A DNA stretch of 33,221 nucleotides from Minisyncoccota bacterium (GTDB lineage: Bacteria > Patescibacteriota > Minisyncoccia > UBA6257), in NCBI GenBank assembly GCA_035360795.1, contig DAOSBJ010000005.1, positions 1-33,221 on the forward strand. Direction: 5' to 3'. Shown one piece after another: positions 9,023 through 17,484 of this stretch. Under the pieces are notes generated by a model, which saw nothing but the letters and a program-made list of their open reading frames with translations, made no database searches and was not told the DNA's origin. How positions within the stretch are numbered: the first letter of the stretch is position 1; each line of letters opens with the position of its first letter. A program made the translations under genes and the position numbers.

Positions 9023-9424
9023 ATGGCAGAAGAAAAAAAAGTGTCAGAAAAATTGGAAAAAATCATTAAAGAAATAGAAGAACTTTCAGTTTTAGAATTA
9101 AATGATTTAGTAAAAGCCTTAGAAGAAAAATTTGGAGTTTCCGCGATGCCGATAATATCTAATCCGGGTGCTGCTAATATGGCTCAAACTGGTGCTGCGG
9201 AAGCGGCTCAAAAAGAAACTGTCTCTGTAATTTTAAAAGATGGTGGTCAATCAAAACTGCAGGTTATTAAAGTGGTGAAAGATTTATTAGGTTTGGGCCT
9301 TAAAGAATCAAAAGATTTAGTGGATGCTGCGCCAAAGCCAGTCAAAGAGAATATCTCTTTATCTGAAGCAGAAGATATTAAAAAGAAATTAGAAGAGGTT
9401 GGCGCCAGTGTGGAAATAAAATAG
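9023..9424 (+). CDS. rplL: 50S ribosomal protein L7/L12
   Basis: 133 aa. The layout is an N-terminal dimerisation helix, an Ala-rich hinge and a C-terminal domain containing KVVKDLLGLGLKESKDLVD. Confidence 0.95.
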   Translation: MAEEKKVSEKLEKIIKEIEELSVLELNDLVKALEEKFGVSAMPIISNPGAANMAQTGAAEAAQKETVSVILKDGGQSKLQVIKVVKDLLGLGLKESKDLVDAAPKPVKENISLSEAEDIKKKLEEVGASVEIK

Positions 9425-9483
9425 TTGCTTATTGTTTTGGCCGTTTCTCAAGATAAAATATTTTCTCATCAGTTAAAAAGATT

Positions 9484-9514
9484 AAAGAAACTCTATTAAT
9501 AGAGTTTCTTTTTT
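9484..9514 (+). terminator. Rho-independent terminator after rplL
   Basis: aaagaaactcta / ttaa / tagagtttcttt forms a perfect 12-bp stem followed by a T-run. Confidence 0.75.
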
Positions 9515-9524
9515 ATAAAAATTT

Positions 9525-9533
9525 TGCTATGAT
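9525..9533 (+). promoter_or_regulatory. Extended -10 promoter (TGcTATGAT) for tRNA-Val
   Basis: A TGnTATGAT motif lies 11 nt upstream of the tRNA 5' end. Confidence 0.45.
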
Positions 9534-9543
9534 TTATTGGAGA

Positions 9544-9616
9544 GGGCGTATAGCTCAATGGTCAGAGCGCTACGTTCACATCGTAGAGGTTTCCCGTTCA
9601 AATCGGGATACGCCCA
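9544..9616 (+). tRNA. tRNA-Val (anticodon CAC)
   Basis: Acceptor gggcgta/tacgccc, D arm gctc-aatggtca-gagc, anticodon stem ctacg/cgtag with loop ttCACat, T arm tcccg-ttcaaat-cggga. Confidence 0.9.
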
Positions 9617-9710
9617 CAAAAAATTTATTTATTACATAGAATAAAAAGTTAGTGTGAATAAATAGTGGATAAGTAAGAAAAGTAAGAGAGGAATATCTAT
9701 TATTAAAGCA

Positions 9711-9740
9711 GAAAAACACCCTTTTAAACAGGGTGTTTTT
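9711..9740 (+). terminator. Rho-independent terminator after tRNA-Val
   Basis: aaaaacaccct / tttaaac / agggtgttttt followed by T residues. Confidence 0.7.
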
Positions 9741-9754
9741 TAGTGGCAATTGCT

Positions 9755-9784
9755 CTTGACTTTAAGGCCGAAAAAATAATAAAA
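9755..9784 (+). promoter_or_regulatory. Sigma70-type promoter of the mraZ (dcw) operon
   Basis: TTGACT (9755-9760), 18-nt spacer, TAAAAT (9779-9784). Confidence 0.55.
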
Positions 9785-9793
9785 TGGAGAAAA

Positions 9794-9843
9794 GTGGATG
9801 ATTGTGGATAACTGTGGGGATAACTCAACTAAATTGTGGATAA
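9794..9843 (+). promoter_or_regulatory. Putative MraZ operator: direct GTGG repeats with 10-bp phasing
   Basis: GTGGATGATT, GTGGATAACT and GTGGGGATAA start at 9794, 9804 and 9814, exactly 10 bp apart. A fourth GTGGATAA starts at 9836. All lie between the -10 box and the mraZ ATG at 9854. Confidence 0.55.
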
Positions 9844-9853
9844 TAACATTGGT

Positions 9854-10285
9854 ATGTTAATCGGCGAATATCATTATAATTTAGATTCAAAAGGAAGAAT
9901 TGCGATGCCAGCAAAGTTAAGGACCCTTTTAGGAGAAGAAGTAACTATTACTCGGGGACTTGACAGTTGTTTGTTTATTTTTCCCAAAAAAGATTGGGAA
10001 GAAATAGTTTCAAAAATTAAAAATTTACCTTTAAGTCAAGCAAACTCTCGGGCTTTTCAAAGATTAATGTTGGCTGGCGCAATGAATGTTTCATCAGACA
10101 ATCAGGGAAGAATTATTATTCCTGATTATTTAAGAAAATTTGCTAATTTAAAAAAGAAAATTGTGATTGCCGGCGTTTATAATCGTTTAGAAATTTGGGA
10201 TGAAGAACTTTGGGAAGAGTATAAGAAACGCACAGAAAAAGAGTCAAGTAATATTGCGGAAAAACTAAGTGACTTAGGGATATAA
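9854..10285 (+). CDS. mraZ: Transcriptional regulator MraZ
   Basis: MLIGEYHYNLDSKGRIAMP plus a second SpoVT/AbrB-like repeat (DNQGRIIIP). The ORF track starts at GTG 9836, but ATG 9854 gives the canonical MraZ N-terminus. Confidence 0.92.
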   Translation: MLIGEYHYNLDSKGRIAMPAKLRTLLGEEVTITRGLDSCLFIFPKKDWEEIVSKIKNLPLSQANSRAFQRLMLAGAMNVSSDNQGRIIIPDYLRKFANLKKKIVIAGVYNRLEIWDEELWEEYKKRTEKESSNIAEKLSDLGI

Positions 10286-10354
10286 TATTCAGGATGACAA
10301 CTTTATTAACTATTGATTTTGACTTTTGACCTTTGAATTTTGACTTATTTCTTC

Positions 10355-11239
10355 ATGCATTTACCCGTTCTTTTAAAAGAAGCAATCCAGTATCTGAAAC
10401 CTCAGTCAAATGAAGATTTTATTGATGCAACATTCGGTGAAGGCGGACATTCATTAGAAATCTTAGAAAATAACAAGCCTCAAGGAAAAGTTTTAGGAAT
10501 AGAAATTGATAAAGAAATTTACAAAAAAGTTAAAGAAAGATTTAAAGATATTAAAAGATTGATTTTAGTTAATGATAGTTACACTAATTTAAAAGAAATA
10601 GTAAGACAGTGTCAATTTTACGAAGTAAAAGGAATTCTGTTTGACTTAGGGATTTGCTCTTATCAGTTAGAAGAATCTGGCCGCGGTTTCACTTATAAAA
10701 AAGATGAGCCGCTTGATATGAGATTTGATACTAATCAAGATTTGACTGCCAAAGATATTTTGAACTGGTATCCGGAAAAAGAAATTGAAAGAATTTTAAG
10801 AGAATTTGGGGAAGAAAGATATTCTTTAAAAATAGCGAAAGCAATTGTTAAGAAAAGGAAAGAGAAAAAATTTGAAACAACAATGGATTTGGTTGAACTT
10901 TTAAAAAGAGCGCTACCCAGAAACTACGACAATCATCGGTTGCCGTTTCCAACCCGGACTTTCCAGGCCTTAAGAATCGCGACCAATAACGAACTAGAAA
11001 ATATTAAAAAGGGAATAGCTGAGGCTTTTGAAGTTTTAAAACCGAATGGAAGATTAGTAGTTATCTCTTTTCATTCGCTTGAAGATAGAATCATCAAAAA
11101 CTTTTTTAAAGAATTAGAAAAACAAAACAAGGGTAAAATCCTCACAAAAAAACCAATTACTCCTTTAAAAGAAGAAATTTCTCTAAATCCTAAATCTAGT
11201 TCAGCAAAATTAAGGGCAATAGAAAAAAATAATAAATAA
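10355..11239 (+). CDS. rsmH: 16S rRNA (cytosine1402-N4)-methyltransferase RsmH
   Basis: MHLPVLLKEAI...DATFGEGGHS...DLGICSYQL are RsmH motifs. The track start is TTG 10340; ATG 10355 is more likely. Confidence 0.93.
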   Translation: MHLPVLLKEAIQYLKPQSNEDFIDATFGEGGHSLEILENNKPQGKVLGIEIDKEIYKKVKERFKDIKRLILVNDSYTNLKEIVRQCQFYEVKGILFDLGICSYQLEESGRGFTYKKDEPLDMRFDTNQDLTAKDILNWYPEKEIERILREFGEERYSLKIAKAIVKKRKEKKFETTMDLVELLKRALPRNYDNHRLPFPTRTFQALRIATNNELENIKKGIAEAFEVLKPNGRLVVISFHSLEDRIIKNFFKELEKQNKGKILTKKPITPLKEEISLNPKSSSAKLRAIEKNNK

Positions 11240-11243
11240 AAAT

Positions 11244-11666
11244 ATGACAATTATTTACGATTACTCTAATTCAAAGAAAATTAGAAGACCAGTTATTCTT
11301 GTTTCCAGTCAAAAATATCCCCGGAAGAAATTTCACTTCTTTTCTCCCATTTTAGATATCAAGAAATATTTTGGCCATATCAAATTAGCGGTATTTCTTC
11401 TTGCCCCACTAATAATTTCGCTTATGTTTTGGCTTATTTTATATGGTCAGAATATTTCTTTAGATTACCAGATTTACAAAGTTAAAAACGAAATCAGCCA
11501 AACTGAAGAAAATTTAGCCACTCTTCAGGAAGAGTTAGCCGACGCTGAGTCAACCATTGCGATTAATAAATGGGCAGCAGAAAATCATTTTGTTCCCGTA
11601 AAAAATATCAGTTATTTGAATTTAAAAGAAGACAATCTTGCCCAGAATTCTTTGTTAAGATTTTAA
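11244..11666 (+). CDS. ftsL: Cell division protein FtsL-like
   Basis: 140 aa with a single TM helix and a coiled coil. It sits in the conserved position between rsmH and ftsI. Confidence 0.6.
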   Translation: MTIIYDYSNSKKIRRPVILVSSQKYPRKKFHFFSPILDIKKYFGHIKLAVFLLAPLIISLMFWLILYGQNISLDYQIYKVKNEISQTEENLATLQEELADAESTIAINKWAAENHFVPVKNISYLNLKEDNLAQNSLLRF

Positions 11667-11675
11667 TATTTAGGT

Positions 11676-13448
11676 ATGCGGCGGTCTTATAAACGAAAAA
11701 TTACTCTTCCAAATGAAGAAATTAACCCTTCTGGAAGGGTTTTTTTTATTTATTTAGGTTTTATTATTCTTTTTGCGGTTTTAGCAGTGCGTTTATTTGA
11801 CCTTCAAATTTTAAAACATGAAGAATATCGGGCTTTGGCAGAAGCAAATCATTCCACCAAAACTACGCTTTTGCCTCAGCGAGGTTTAATTTATACTCAA
11901 GATAAAGACAAAGAAAAGATTGCTGTAGCAATCAATAAAAAATATTGGTCTCTTTATGCGGTTCCGAAAGAAATAGAAGACCCGCAGAAAGCAACTGATA
12001 TCCTAGCTCAATATTTACCTTTAAAAAAGGAGGAAATTTTGAAAAGATTAAGCAAAGCCGGCGACCCTTATGAACCATTAGTAAATAGAATTGAAGATGA
12101 AGAATTAATGGATATTATAAAAGAATTAGCAATAAATGGAATTTATTTTAAGGAAGAAAGATTTCGCTACTGGCCATTCGATAGTTTATTAAGTCAAACA
12201 ATTGGTTTTGTTTCTCAGGGAGAAGATGGAAAAATAAAAGGCAGATACGGACTTGAAGCCTATTATGAAGATGTTTTATCTGGACAGCCAGGTGAATTTT
12301 CCGGTGTAAGAGATGCTTTGGGGAGATTAATTTCTTCTCTTTTTACTTCAAACAGGGCCCCGGTTGAAGGAGCAAATCTGATTACTACCATTGATAAAAA
12401 TATTCAGGCCAAAAGTGAGGAAGCTTTAGAAAATTTAATCAAAGGCAGGGGAGCGGTAAAAGGTTCAATTATTGTAATGGAAGCAAAAACTGGTAGAATT
12501 TTAGCCTTAGCAAATTGGCCAACTTTTAATTTAAATAAATTTAATGAAGTTAAAGATTATTCAGTTTATAAAAATTATGCAGTAGAAGAAATGTATGAAC
12601 CGGGTTCAGTAATTAAACCTCTCACAATGGCAGCAGGAATAGATTTAAAAAAAGTGACTCCAGAGACTACTTATGATGATAAAGGATATTTTGAAGTTTC
12701 TGGCTATAGAATTAATAATTACCGGAATGAAGTTTATGGAAAAAATGTCACAATGACAAAAGTTTTAGAGCGTTCTATTAATACGGGCGCGATTTTTGTT
12801 GGTCAGAAAGTAGGAATGCAAAATTTAAGAGAATATTTTAAAAAGTTTGGTTTAGACGAAAAAACTGGCATTGACTTACCAAATGAAATTACTGGCGATC
12901 TGTCTAATTTGGAATATCCAAAAGCCAACCCAAGCCATTTGGCAACTGCCTGTTATGGCGAGGGAATTACAGTTACGCCAATTGGTTTAATTAGAGCTTA
13001 TTCTGCTTTTTTAAACGAAGGAAAAATGGTAAATCCCTATATTGTCGAGGCAATAGAAGATTCAAATGGCGTGTATCACTCAATTGACCAGCCAGAGCAA
13101 AAACAGGTAATCTCTCGTGAAACTGCCCAGACATTAACCACAATGCTTGTTTCCGTAATTGAAAATGGTTTTGGGGGAAATGCCAAAATAAAAGGCTACA
13201 GTTTAGGGGGGAAAACTGGTACTGCTCAAATTCCTTTATTTGGCAAAGGAGGATATTCAGATGACCAGATTCATACTTTCGTGGGATTCTTTCCAGCCTC
13301 AGACCCTCGCTTTTTAATCTTAGTGAAAATGGATAAGCCTATAGACCCAAATAGCGCTGCTAGTCATACTGTAACTCTAGCCTTCAAAGAAGTAGAGCAA
13401 TTTTTAATTAATTATTACAACATTCCTCCAGACGAGAAAATAGAATAA
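11676..13448 (+). CDS. ftsI: Class B penicillin-binding protein (peptidoglycan D,D-transpeptidase, FtsI/PBP2 type)
   Basis: 590 aa with an N-terminal TM helix and the transpeptidase motifs SVIK (SxxK), SIN (SxN) and KTGT. Confidence 0.9.
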   Translation: MRRSYKRKITLPNEEINPSGRVFFIYLGFIILFAVLAVRLFDLQILKHEEYRALAEANHSTKTTLLPQRGLIYTQDKDKEKIAVAINKKYWSLYAVPKEIEDPQKATDILAQYLPLKKEEILKRLSKAGDPYEPLVNRIEDEELMDIIKELAINGIYFKEERFRYWPFDSLLSQTIGFVSQGEDGKIKGRYGLEAYYEDVLSGQPGEFSGVRDALGRLISSLFTSNRAPVEGANLITTIDKNIQAKSEEALENLIKGRGAVKGSIIVMEAKTGRILALANWPTFNLNKFNEVKDYSVYKNYAVEEMYEPGSVIKPLTMAAGIDLKKVTPETTYDDKGYFEVSGYRINNYRNEVYGKNVTMTKVLERSINTGAIFVGQKVGMQNLREYFKKFGLDEKTGIDLPNEITGDLSNLEYPKANPSHLATACYGEGITVTPIGLIRAYSAFLNEGKMVNPYIVEAIEDSNGVYHSIDQPEQKQVISRETAQTLTTMLVSVIENGFGGNAKIKGYSLGGKTGTAQIPLFGKGGYSDDQIHTFVGFFPASDPRFLILVKMDKPIDPNSAASHTVTLAFKEVEQFLINYYNIPPDEKIE

Positions 13449-13477
13449 AAATTGGAGAAAAGATAAGACGACTACTT

Positions 13478-13508
13478 AAAGAGGCTTTTAGAGCCTTTTT
13501 TGTTTTTT
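13478..13508 (+). terminator. Rho-independent terminator after ftsI
   Basis: aaagaggct / tttag / agccttttt hairpin followed by tgtttttt. Confidence 0.55.
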
Positions 13509-13519
13509 AAGAAATTTTA

Positions 13520-13528
13520 TGTTATAAT
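13520..13528 (+). promoter_or_regulatory. Extended -10 promoter (TGtTATAAT)
   Basis: TGnTATAAT lies about 100 nt upstream of tRNA-Glu. The same atgttataatta string recurs at 32509-32520. Confidence 0.4.
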
Positions 13529-13632
13529 TACATTAAATTAGAAACGAATATAAAAGATAAAAGATTTTGTATTTTTCACCTGCCTAAGTTTTGCTTCGCA
13601 CAATTTTGACGGGTAAATTTTTGGCATTTTAT

Positions 13633-13707
13633 GGCATGTTCGTCTAGCCCGGTCTAGGACGCATCCCTCTCACGGATGAAACGTGGGTCCAAATCCCGCA
13701 CATGCCA
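13633..13707 (+). tRNA. tRNA-Glu (anticodon CTC), with an atypical T-loop
   Basis: Acceptor ggcatgt/acatgcc, Glu-type D arm tcgtctagcccggtctaggac, anticodon stem catcc/ggatg with loop ctCTCac, T arm gtggg-tccaaat-cccgc. Position 55 is C instead of the near-universal U. Confidence 0.8.
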
Positions 13708-13727
13708 CTAACTAAATTATGTAAAAT

Positions 13728-14636
13728 ATGCCTTTAGAATCTTATTCAGAATTACATTTTATTGGAGATGAAGAAAAAATAATAAGAATGGAGAACGAAG
13801 AAATTACTGAAGAACAAGAGAAAAACATCAAAGAAGGGGATCCTTGTAAAAGCATCTGGCCAATCCTTCAAGAGTTTTTTGCTGATATTCCCACTTATCC
13901 AGTAAAGAAAAAATTAAGCGGCTGTGCTAATGAAAAAACCGCAGAGGCGGTAATAGAGAACGATATCAATATAGCTGAGGAAAAAGAAAAGAAAAGAATT
14001 ATCGATTTTCCTTTTGTTTGTGAAAAAATAATCATTGGTTATCTTTATAATATAATTAAGAAGGAGGAAATGCAAAAGGCGATAAAGCAGAAATTAATAA
14101 AAGACAGATTAATAAAAGTTGAGGATAATATCAAAGCAGAAATCCAACAGGCTTCTCCTTATGATGATCGGATAGAGGGCGCGGACGCTTTTCTAGTAGT
14201 AAAAAAGTTAAATAAGGACTTAAATAAGGACAAAGAGGAATTAGAGGAATTAATAAAAGCTATCCCGATTCAAATTACAACTGCGATTGTTCAGAATGTT
14301 TTACTGGAAAAAATGCAAAAAACAAAAGAAAATGAAGGAATTTTAATAACAGTGAATGCAGGAAATATTAGATTATTAGTTAACAAGTATTTAGAGTATT
14401 ATAATTCTTTTGTAAAGCAAGAGAAAGAACAAAAGAAAGAACCAGAGAAAGAACAAAAGAAAGAACAAAAGAAAGAACCAGAGAAAGATAATTCTATGAA
14501 AGATGAGCCTAAATTAGCTCCGTGGGACTATTTTGAGTTTCAAGATATAGTAAGAAATGACGATCTGGAGAAAATCACAAAGGAAGGAGAAGAAATAAAG
14601 TGGCAATTTTTTTATGGGATGAAGGAAAGATTGTAA
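13728..14636 (+). CDS. Hypothetical acidic/lysine-rich soluble protein with a KEQKKEPE repeat (ORFan)
   Basis: 302-aa ORF with no TM segment and no motif I recognise. It contains a low-complexity tandem repeat near the C-terminus. Confidence 0.55.
   Translation: MPLESYSELHFIGDEEKIIRMENEEITEEQEKNIKEGDPCKSIWPILQEFFADIPTYPVKKKLSGCANEKTAEAVIENDINIAEEKEKKRIIDFPFVCEKIIIGYLYNIIKKEEMQKAIKQKLIKDRLIKVEDNIKAEIQQASPYDDRIEGADAFLVVKKLNKDLNKDKEELEELIKAIPIQITTAIVQNVLLEKMQKTKENEGILITVNAGNIRLLVNKYLEYYNSFVKQEKEQKKEPEKEQKKEQKKEPEKDNSMKDEPKLAPWDYFEFQDIVRNDDLEKITKEGEEIKWQFFYGMKERL
14421..14488 (+). repeat. In-frame tandem 12/24-nt repeat (gagaaagaacaaaagaaagaacca) encoding EKEQKKEP units
   Basis: The direct repeat was read from the sequence inside the 13728-14636 ORF. 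Confidence 0.85.
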
Positions 14637-14691
14637 TATTAAGAAGTTGAAATTATTAAGCAAAAAATAGAAAATAGAAATATAAAGAACA

Positions 14692-15024
14692 ATGAAGATT
14701 TATAACTTAAAGAAGATTAATTTATTTTTGATAATTTTCCTTATAATCTCTTTTGTTTTAATTTTGGAAGTTTATTTAAAATCAGCGCCGAATTTTCCCG
14801 TGGTTTTAAAAAGAAATGAATTAGGTTTTAATTTCTTAACCCAAAGACAAAGAGTTTTTAATTTTTATATTCTGGGAATTATTTTTCTTTTAGTTAATTT
14901 TTTATTGAGTAAAAAAGTAAAAATAAAGGGAGTAAATTTGAAAAAGGTTTTAAATTATGCTAATATAGTGATTGTCGTTTTAATTTTTCTGATTAGTCTT
15001 CAAATTTATTTTTTAAATTTATAA
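14692..15024 (+). CDS. Hypothetical small membrane protein (about 3 TM helices)
   Basis: 110-aa ORF with three hydrophobic stretches. It ends 4 nt before the rplU start. Confidence 0.5.
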   Translation: MKIYNLKKINLFLIIFLIISFVLILEVYLKSAPNFPVVLKRNELGFNFLTQRQRVFNFYILGIIFLLVNFLLSKKVKIKGVNLKKVLNYANIVIVVLIFLISLQIYFLNL

Positions 15025-15028
15025 TAAA

Positions 15029-15343
15029 ATGTTAGCAGTTATTGAGACTGGAGGAAAGGAGTATTTAGTTTCACCAAATCAAAAAATTAAGATAGAAAAA
15101 ATAAAAAACCTTAAACAAGGGGATAAGATTGAATTTGAAAAAGTACTTTTAATTTCTGATGAAAAAGAAGAAACTTTAATTGGTAAACCTTATTTAGAAG
15201 GGAAAAAGGTAATTGGCGAAGTTTTAAAAACTGGAAAAGGGAAAAAAGTAATTGTTTTTAAATATCATTCAAAAACTCGCTATCGCAAAAAGAAAGGGCA
15301 TCGTCAGCCCTATCTGGAAGTTTTGATAAAAGAAATACAATAG
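15029..15343 (+). CDS. rplU: 50S ribosomal protein L21
   Basis: 104 aa. MLAVIETGGKEYLV...VIVFKYHSKTRYRKKKGHRQPY is the L21 signature. Confidence 0.95.
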   Translation: MLAVIETGGKEYLVSPNQKIKIEKIKNLKQGDKIEFEKVLLISDEKEETLIGKPYLEGKKVIGEVLKTGKGKKVIVFKYHSKTRYRKKKGHRQPYLEVLIKEIQ

Positions 15344-15373
15344 AAATAAAGAAAATATTTTTTCCTTGATGCG

Positions 15374-15997
15374 TTACTTTCTTCCTTCCAGTGCGCTGAT
15401 TAGAGTTTCGCTATCAGCAAATTCGATATCTCCGCCAGTGGGTATTCCTCTGGCGAGTTTTGTAATTCTTATTTGAAGGTTGAGATTTTTTATTTCTTTT
15501 TCCAGATAATAACTAGTAAGATTTCCTTCGGAAGTCGGGTTTAAAGCCAAAATTACTTCTCGGATTGGCTGATTAGTTTTACTTTTATTTTTTATTCTTG
15601 AGATTAAGGTAGTTAAGTTTAGATTTTTGATTGTTTCTTTGTCTATTTCTGAAATAAGTCCTCCCAAAATATGATAAAGGCCATTGTATTTATTTGTTTT
15701 TTCCAAAGATAAAACATCTGTTTCTTTTTCTACTACGCAAATGATATTGTGATTTCTTCTTTTATCTCGGCAGAATTCACATAAGGTCTCGTTATTTTTT
15801 ATTTCAAAAGGAAACGAACATTCGGGGCAAAGTTTTATTTTCGAAAATAAATCATTAAAGTTTTTTAATAGTTCTGTTTGAACTTCTTTTTTTTGATGCA
15901 AAAGCCAAAAAGTCAGTCTTAAAGCCTGACGTGGTCCAATTCCTGGAAATTGCGCTAATGAATCGGCTAAATTTTTAATGGGTTTAGGTAAGGACAT
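15374..15997 (-). CDS. recR: Recombination protein RecR
   Basis: 207 aa. It has an HhH motif (FPGIGPRQALRL), a C4 zinc finger (CPEC...CEFC) and a Toprim domain. Confidence 0.93.
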   Translation of the reverse strand: MSLPKPIKNLADSLAQFPGIGPRQALRLTFWLLHQKKEVQTELLKNFNDLFSKIKLCPECSFPFEIKNNETLCEFCRDKRRNHNIICVVEKETDVLSLEKTNKYNGLYHILGGLISEIDKETIKNLNLTTLISRIKNKSKTNQPIREVILALNPTSEGNLTSYYLEKEIKNLNLQIRITKLARGIPTGGDIEFADSETLISALEGRK

Positions 15998-16110
15998 AAA
16001 AATAAAATAATAAATAAAAAATAAAAATTAAAAAACACAAATTAAAAATCAAAAATTTATCCTCTCTTTTATCTTCTATTTTTTATCTTTTATTTATTAT
16101 TTATTATTTA

Positions 16111-17484
16111 TTATTCTCCTTCTAATTCTTCAAACTCGCTGGAAAATTCTTCTTTTTCCAGATTTCTAAAACTAGTTAATTGCTCATTGAAATACAAAGA
16201 AATGCGGCCTAAAGGTCCATTGCGGTGTTTAGCAATTATAATATCAGCGATATTTTTTCTTTCAGTATCAGGATTATATTTATCTTCTCGATAAATAAAC
16301 ATTGCCACGTCACAGTCTTGTTCAATGGCTCCGGTTTCCCTTAAATCAGAGAGTCTAGGAATTGGCGGCGAACGTTGCTCAACTGCTCGTGACAATTGAG
16401 AAACAGTTAAAACTGGAACATTTAATTCTCTGGATAAGGCTTTGAGTGAACGCGAGATTTCAGAATATTGCTGAACTGTACTTTCTTTGAGAGAAGAAGG
16501 AGTTATTAATTGAAGATAATCAACTACTAGTAATCCTAAGCCCGCCTCTGCTTGAAGTCTTCTGGCGACAGTTCTCATTTGCATTATAGTTGGCGAAGGT
16601 GCATCGTCAATATAAATAGGCGCTTCGGCTAAGCGTGATAACGCATCTTGAATTAAAGTAAAATCATTTATTTCGCCCTCAGTTGAAAGTCTGCCAGTTC
16701 TGATTCTCCATAAGTCAACTGTTGATTCTGCAGCAATTAATCTGTCAACAATTTGGTCGCGAGACATTTCTAAACTAAAAATTCCCACCGGCACTCTTTC
16801 TCTGAGAGCAACGTGTCGGGCAATATCTAAAGCCAAAGAAGTTTTTCCCAATGAAGGCCTTGCCCCTAAAACTATTAAATCTGATTTTTGTAGGCCAGCC
16901 AAATATTTATCCAATTGGCTAAAGCCAGTTGTCAGTCCTCGCAATTTGCCACCGCCCTTATGAAGTTGGTCAATTCTTTCAAAGGCTTTTACTAATTCTT
17001 CTTTTAAAGGCAAAAATTCATAATTAATAGATTTCTGAGAGATATTAAAAATAATTTGTTCAGCAGTGTCCAAAACGTTATTCACGTCTTCTTCTTCGTT
17101 AAAACCCAATTCTGCGATTTGGTAAGAAGCGCTTATTAGATCTCTTAAAATTTTCTTTTCGTGAACAATTTTAGCATAATGAACAACGTGAGCGCTGGTT
17201 GGAGTTTTGTTAACAAGAGAAGTAAGAAAACTAACGCCGCCAATTTCTTTTAAAAGATTTTTTTCTTCTAATCTATTAGTTAAAGATAAAACATCAACAG
17301 GCTCATTTTTCTTGTATAAATCAAGAATTGCTTCAAAAATTTGCCGATGTTTTGGTAAATAAAAATCTTCCGGATACAAAATATCGGCAATTTTTATAAT
17401 AGCGTTATTGTCTATAATTAAAGCGCCTAAAACAGATTCCTCTGCTTCTATATTTTGTGGTGGTAATTTTTCTTCAGGAGACAT
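16111..17484 (-). CDS. dnaB: Replicative DNA helicase DnaB
   Basis: 457 aa. N-terminal PPQNIEAEESVLG, Walker A GARPSLGKTS and the RecA-like C-terminal domain are present. No intein. Confidence 0.95.
   Translation of the reverse strand: MSPEEKLPPQNIEAEESVLGALIIDNNAIIKIADILYPEDFYLPKHRQIFEAILDLYKKNEPVDVLSLTNRLEEKNLLKEIGGVSFLTSLVNKTPTSAHVVHYAKIVHEKKILRDLISASYQIAELGFNEEEDVNNVLDTAEQIIFNISQKSINYEFLPLKEELVKAFERIDQLHKGGGKLRGLTTGFSQLDKYLAGLQKSDLIVLGARPSLGKTSLALDIARHVALRERVPVGIFSLEMSRDQIVDRLIAAESTVDLWRIRTGRLSTEGEINDFTLIQDALSRLAEAPIYIDDAPSPTIMQMRTVARRLQAEAGLGLLVVDYLQLITPSSLKESTVQQYSEISRSLKALSRELNVPVLTVSQLSRAVEQRSPPIPRLSDLRETGAIEQDCDVAMFIYREDKYNPDTERKNIADIIIAKHRNGPLGRISLYFNEQLTSFRNLEKEEFSSEFEELEGE

Noticed and set aside
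9617-9853. Replication origin (oriC) suggested by the cluster of DnaA-box-like 9-mers
   Set aside because: No dnaA or dnaN gene is in the window. Flanking genes on both sides are co-oriented on the + strand, with no divergence. The boxes are all in one orientation with strict 10-bp phasing directly in front of mraZ, which a MraZ operator explains better. I kept this only as an alternative inside the finding.
10313-10345. Repeated TTGAC(T/C) words between mraZ and rsmH, considered as stacked -35 boxes or an internal promoter
   Set aside because: No -10 element fits before the rsmH ATG at 10355. The tract looks like the same A/T-rich slippage DNA seen at other gene junctions.
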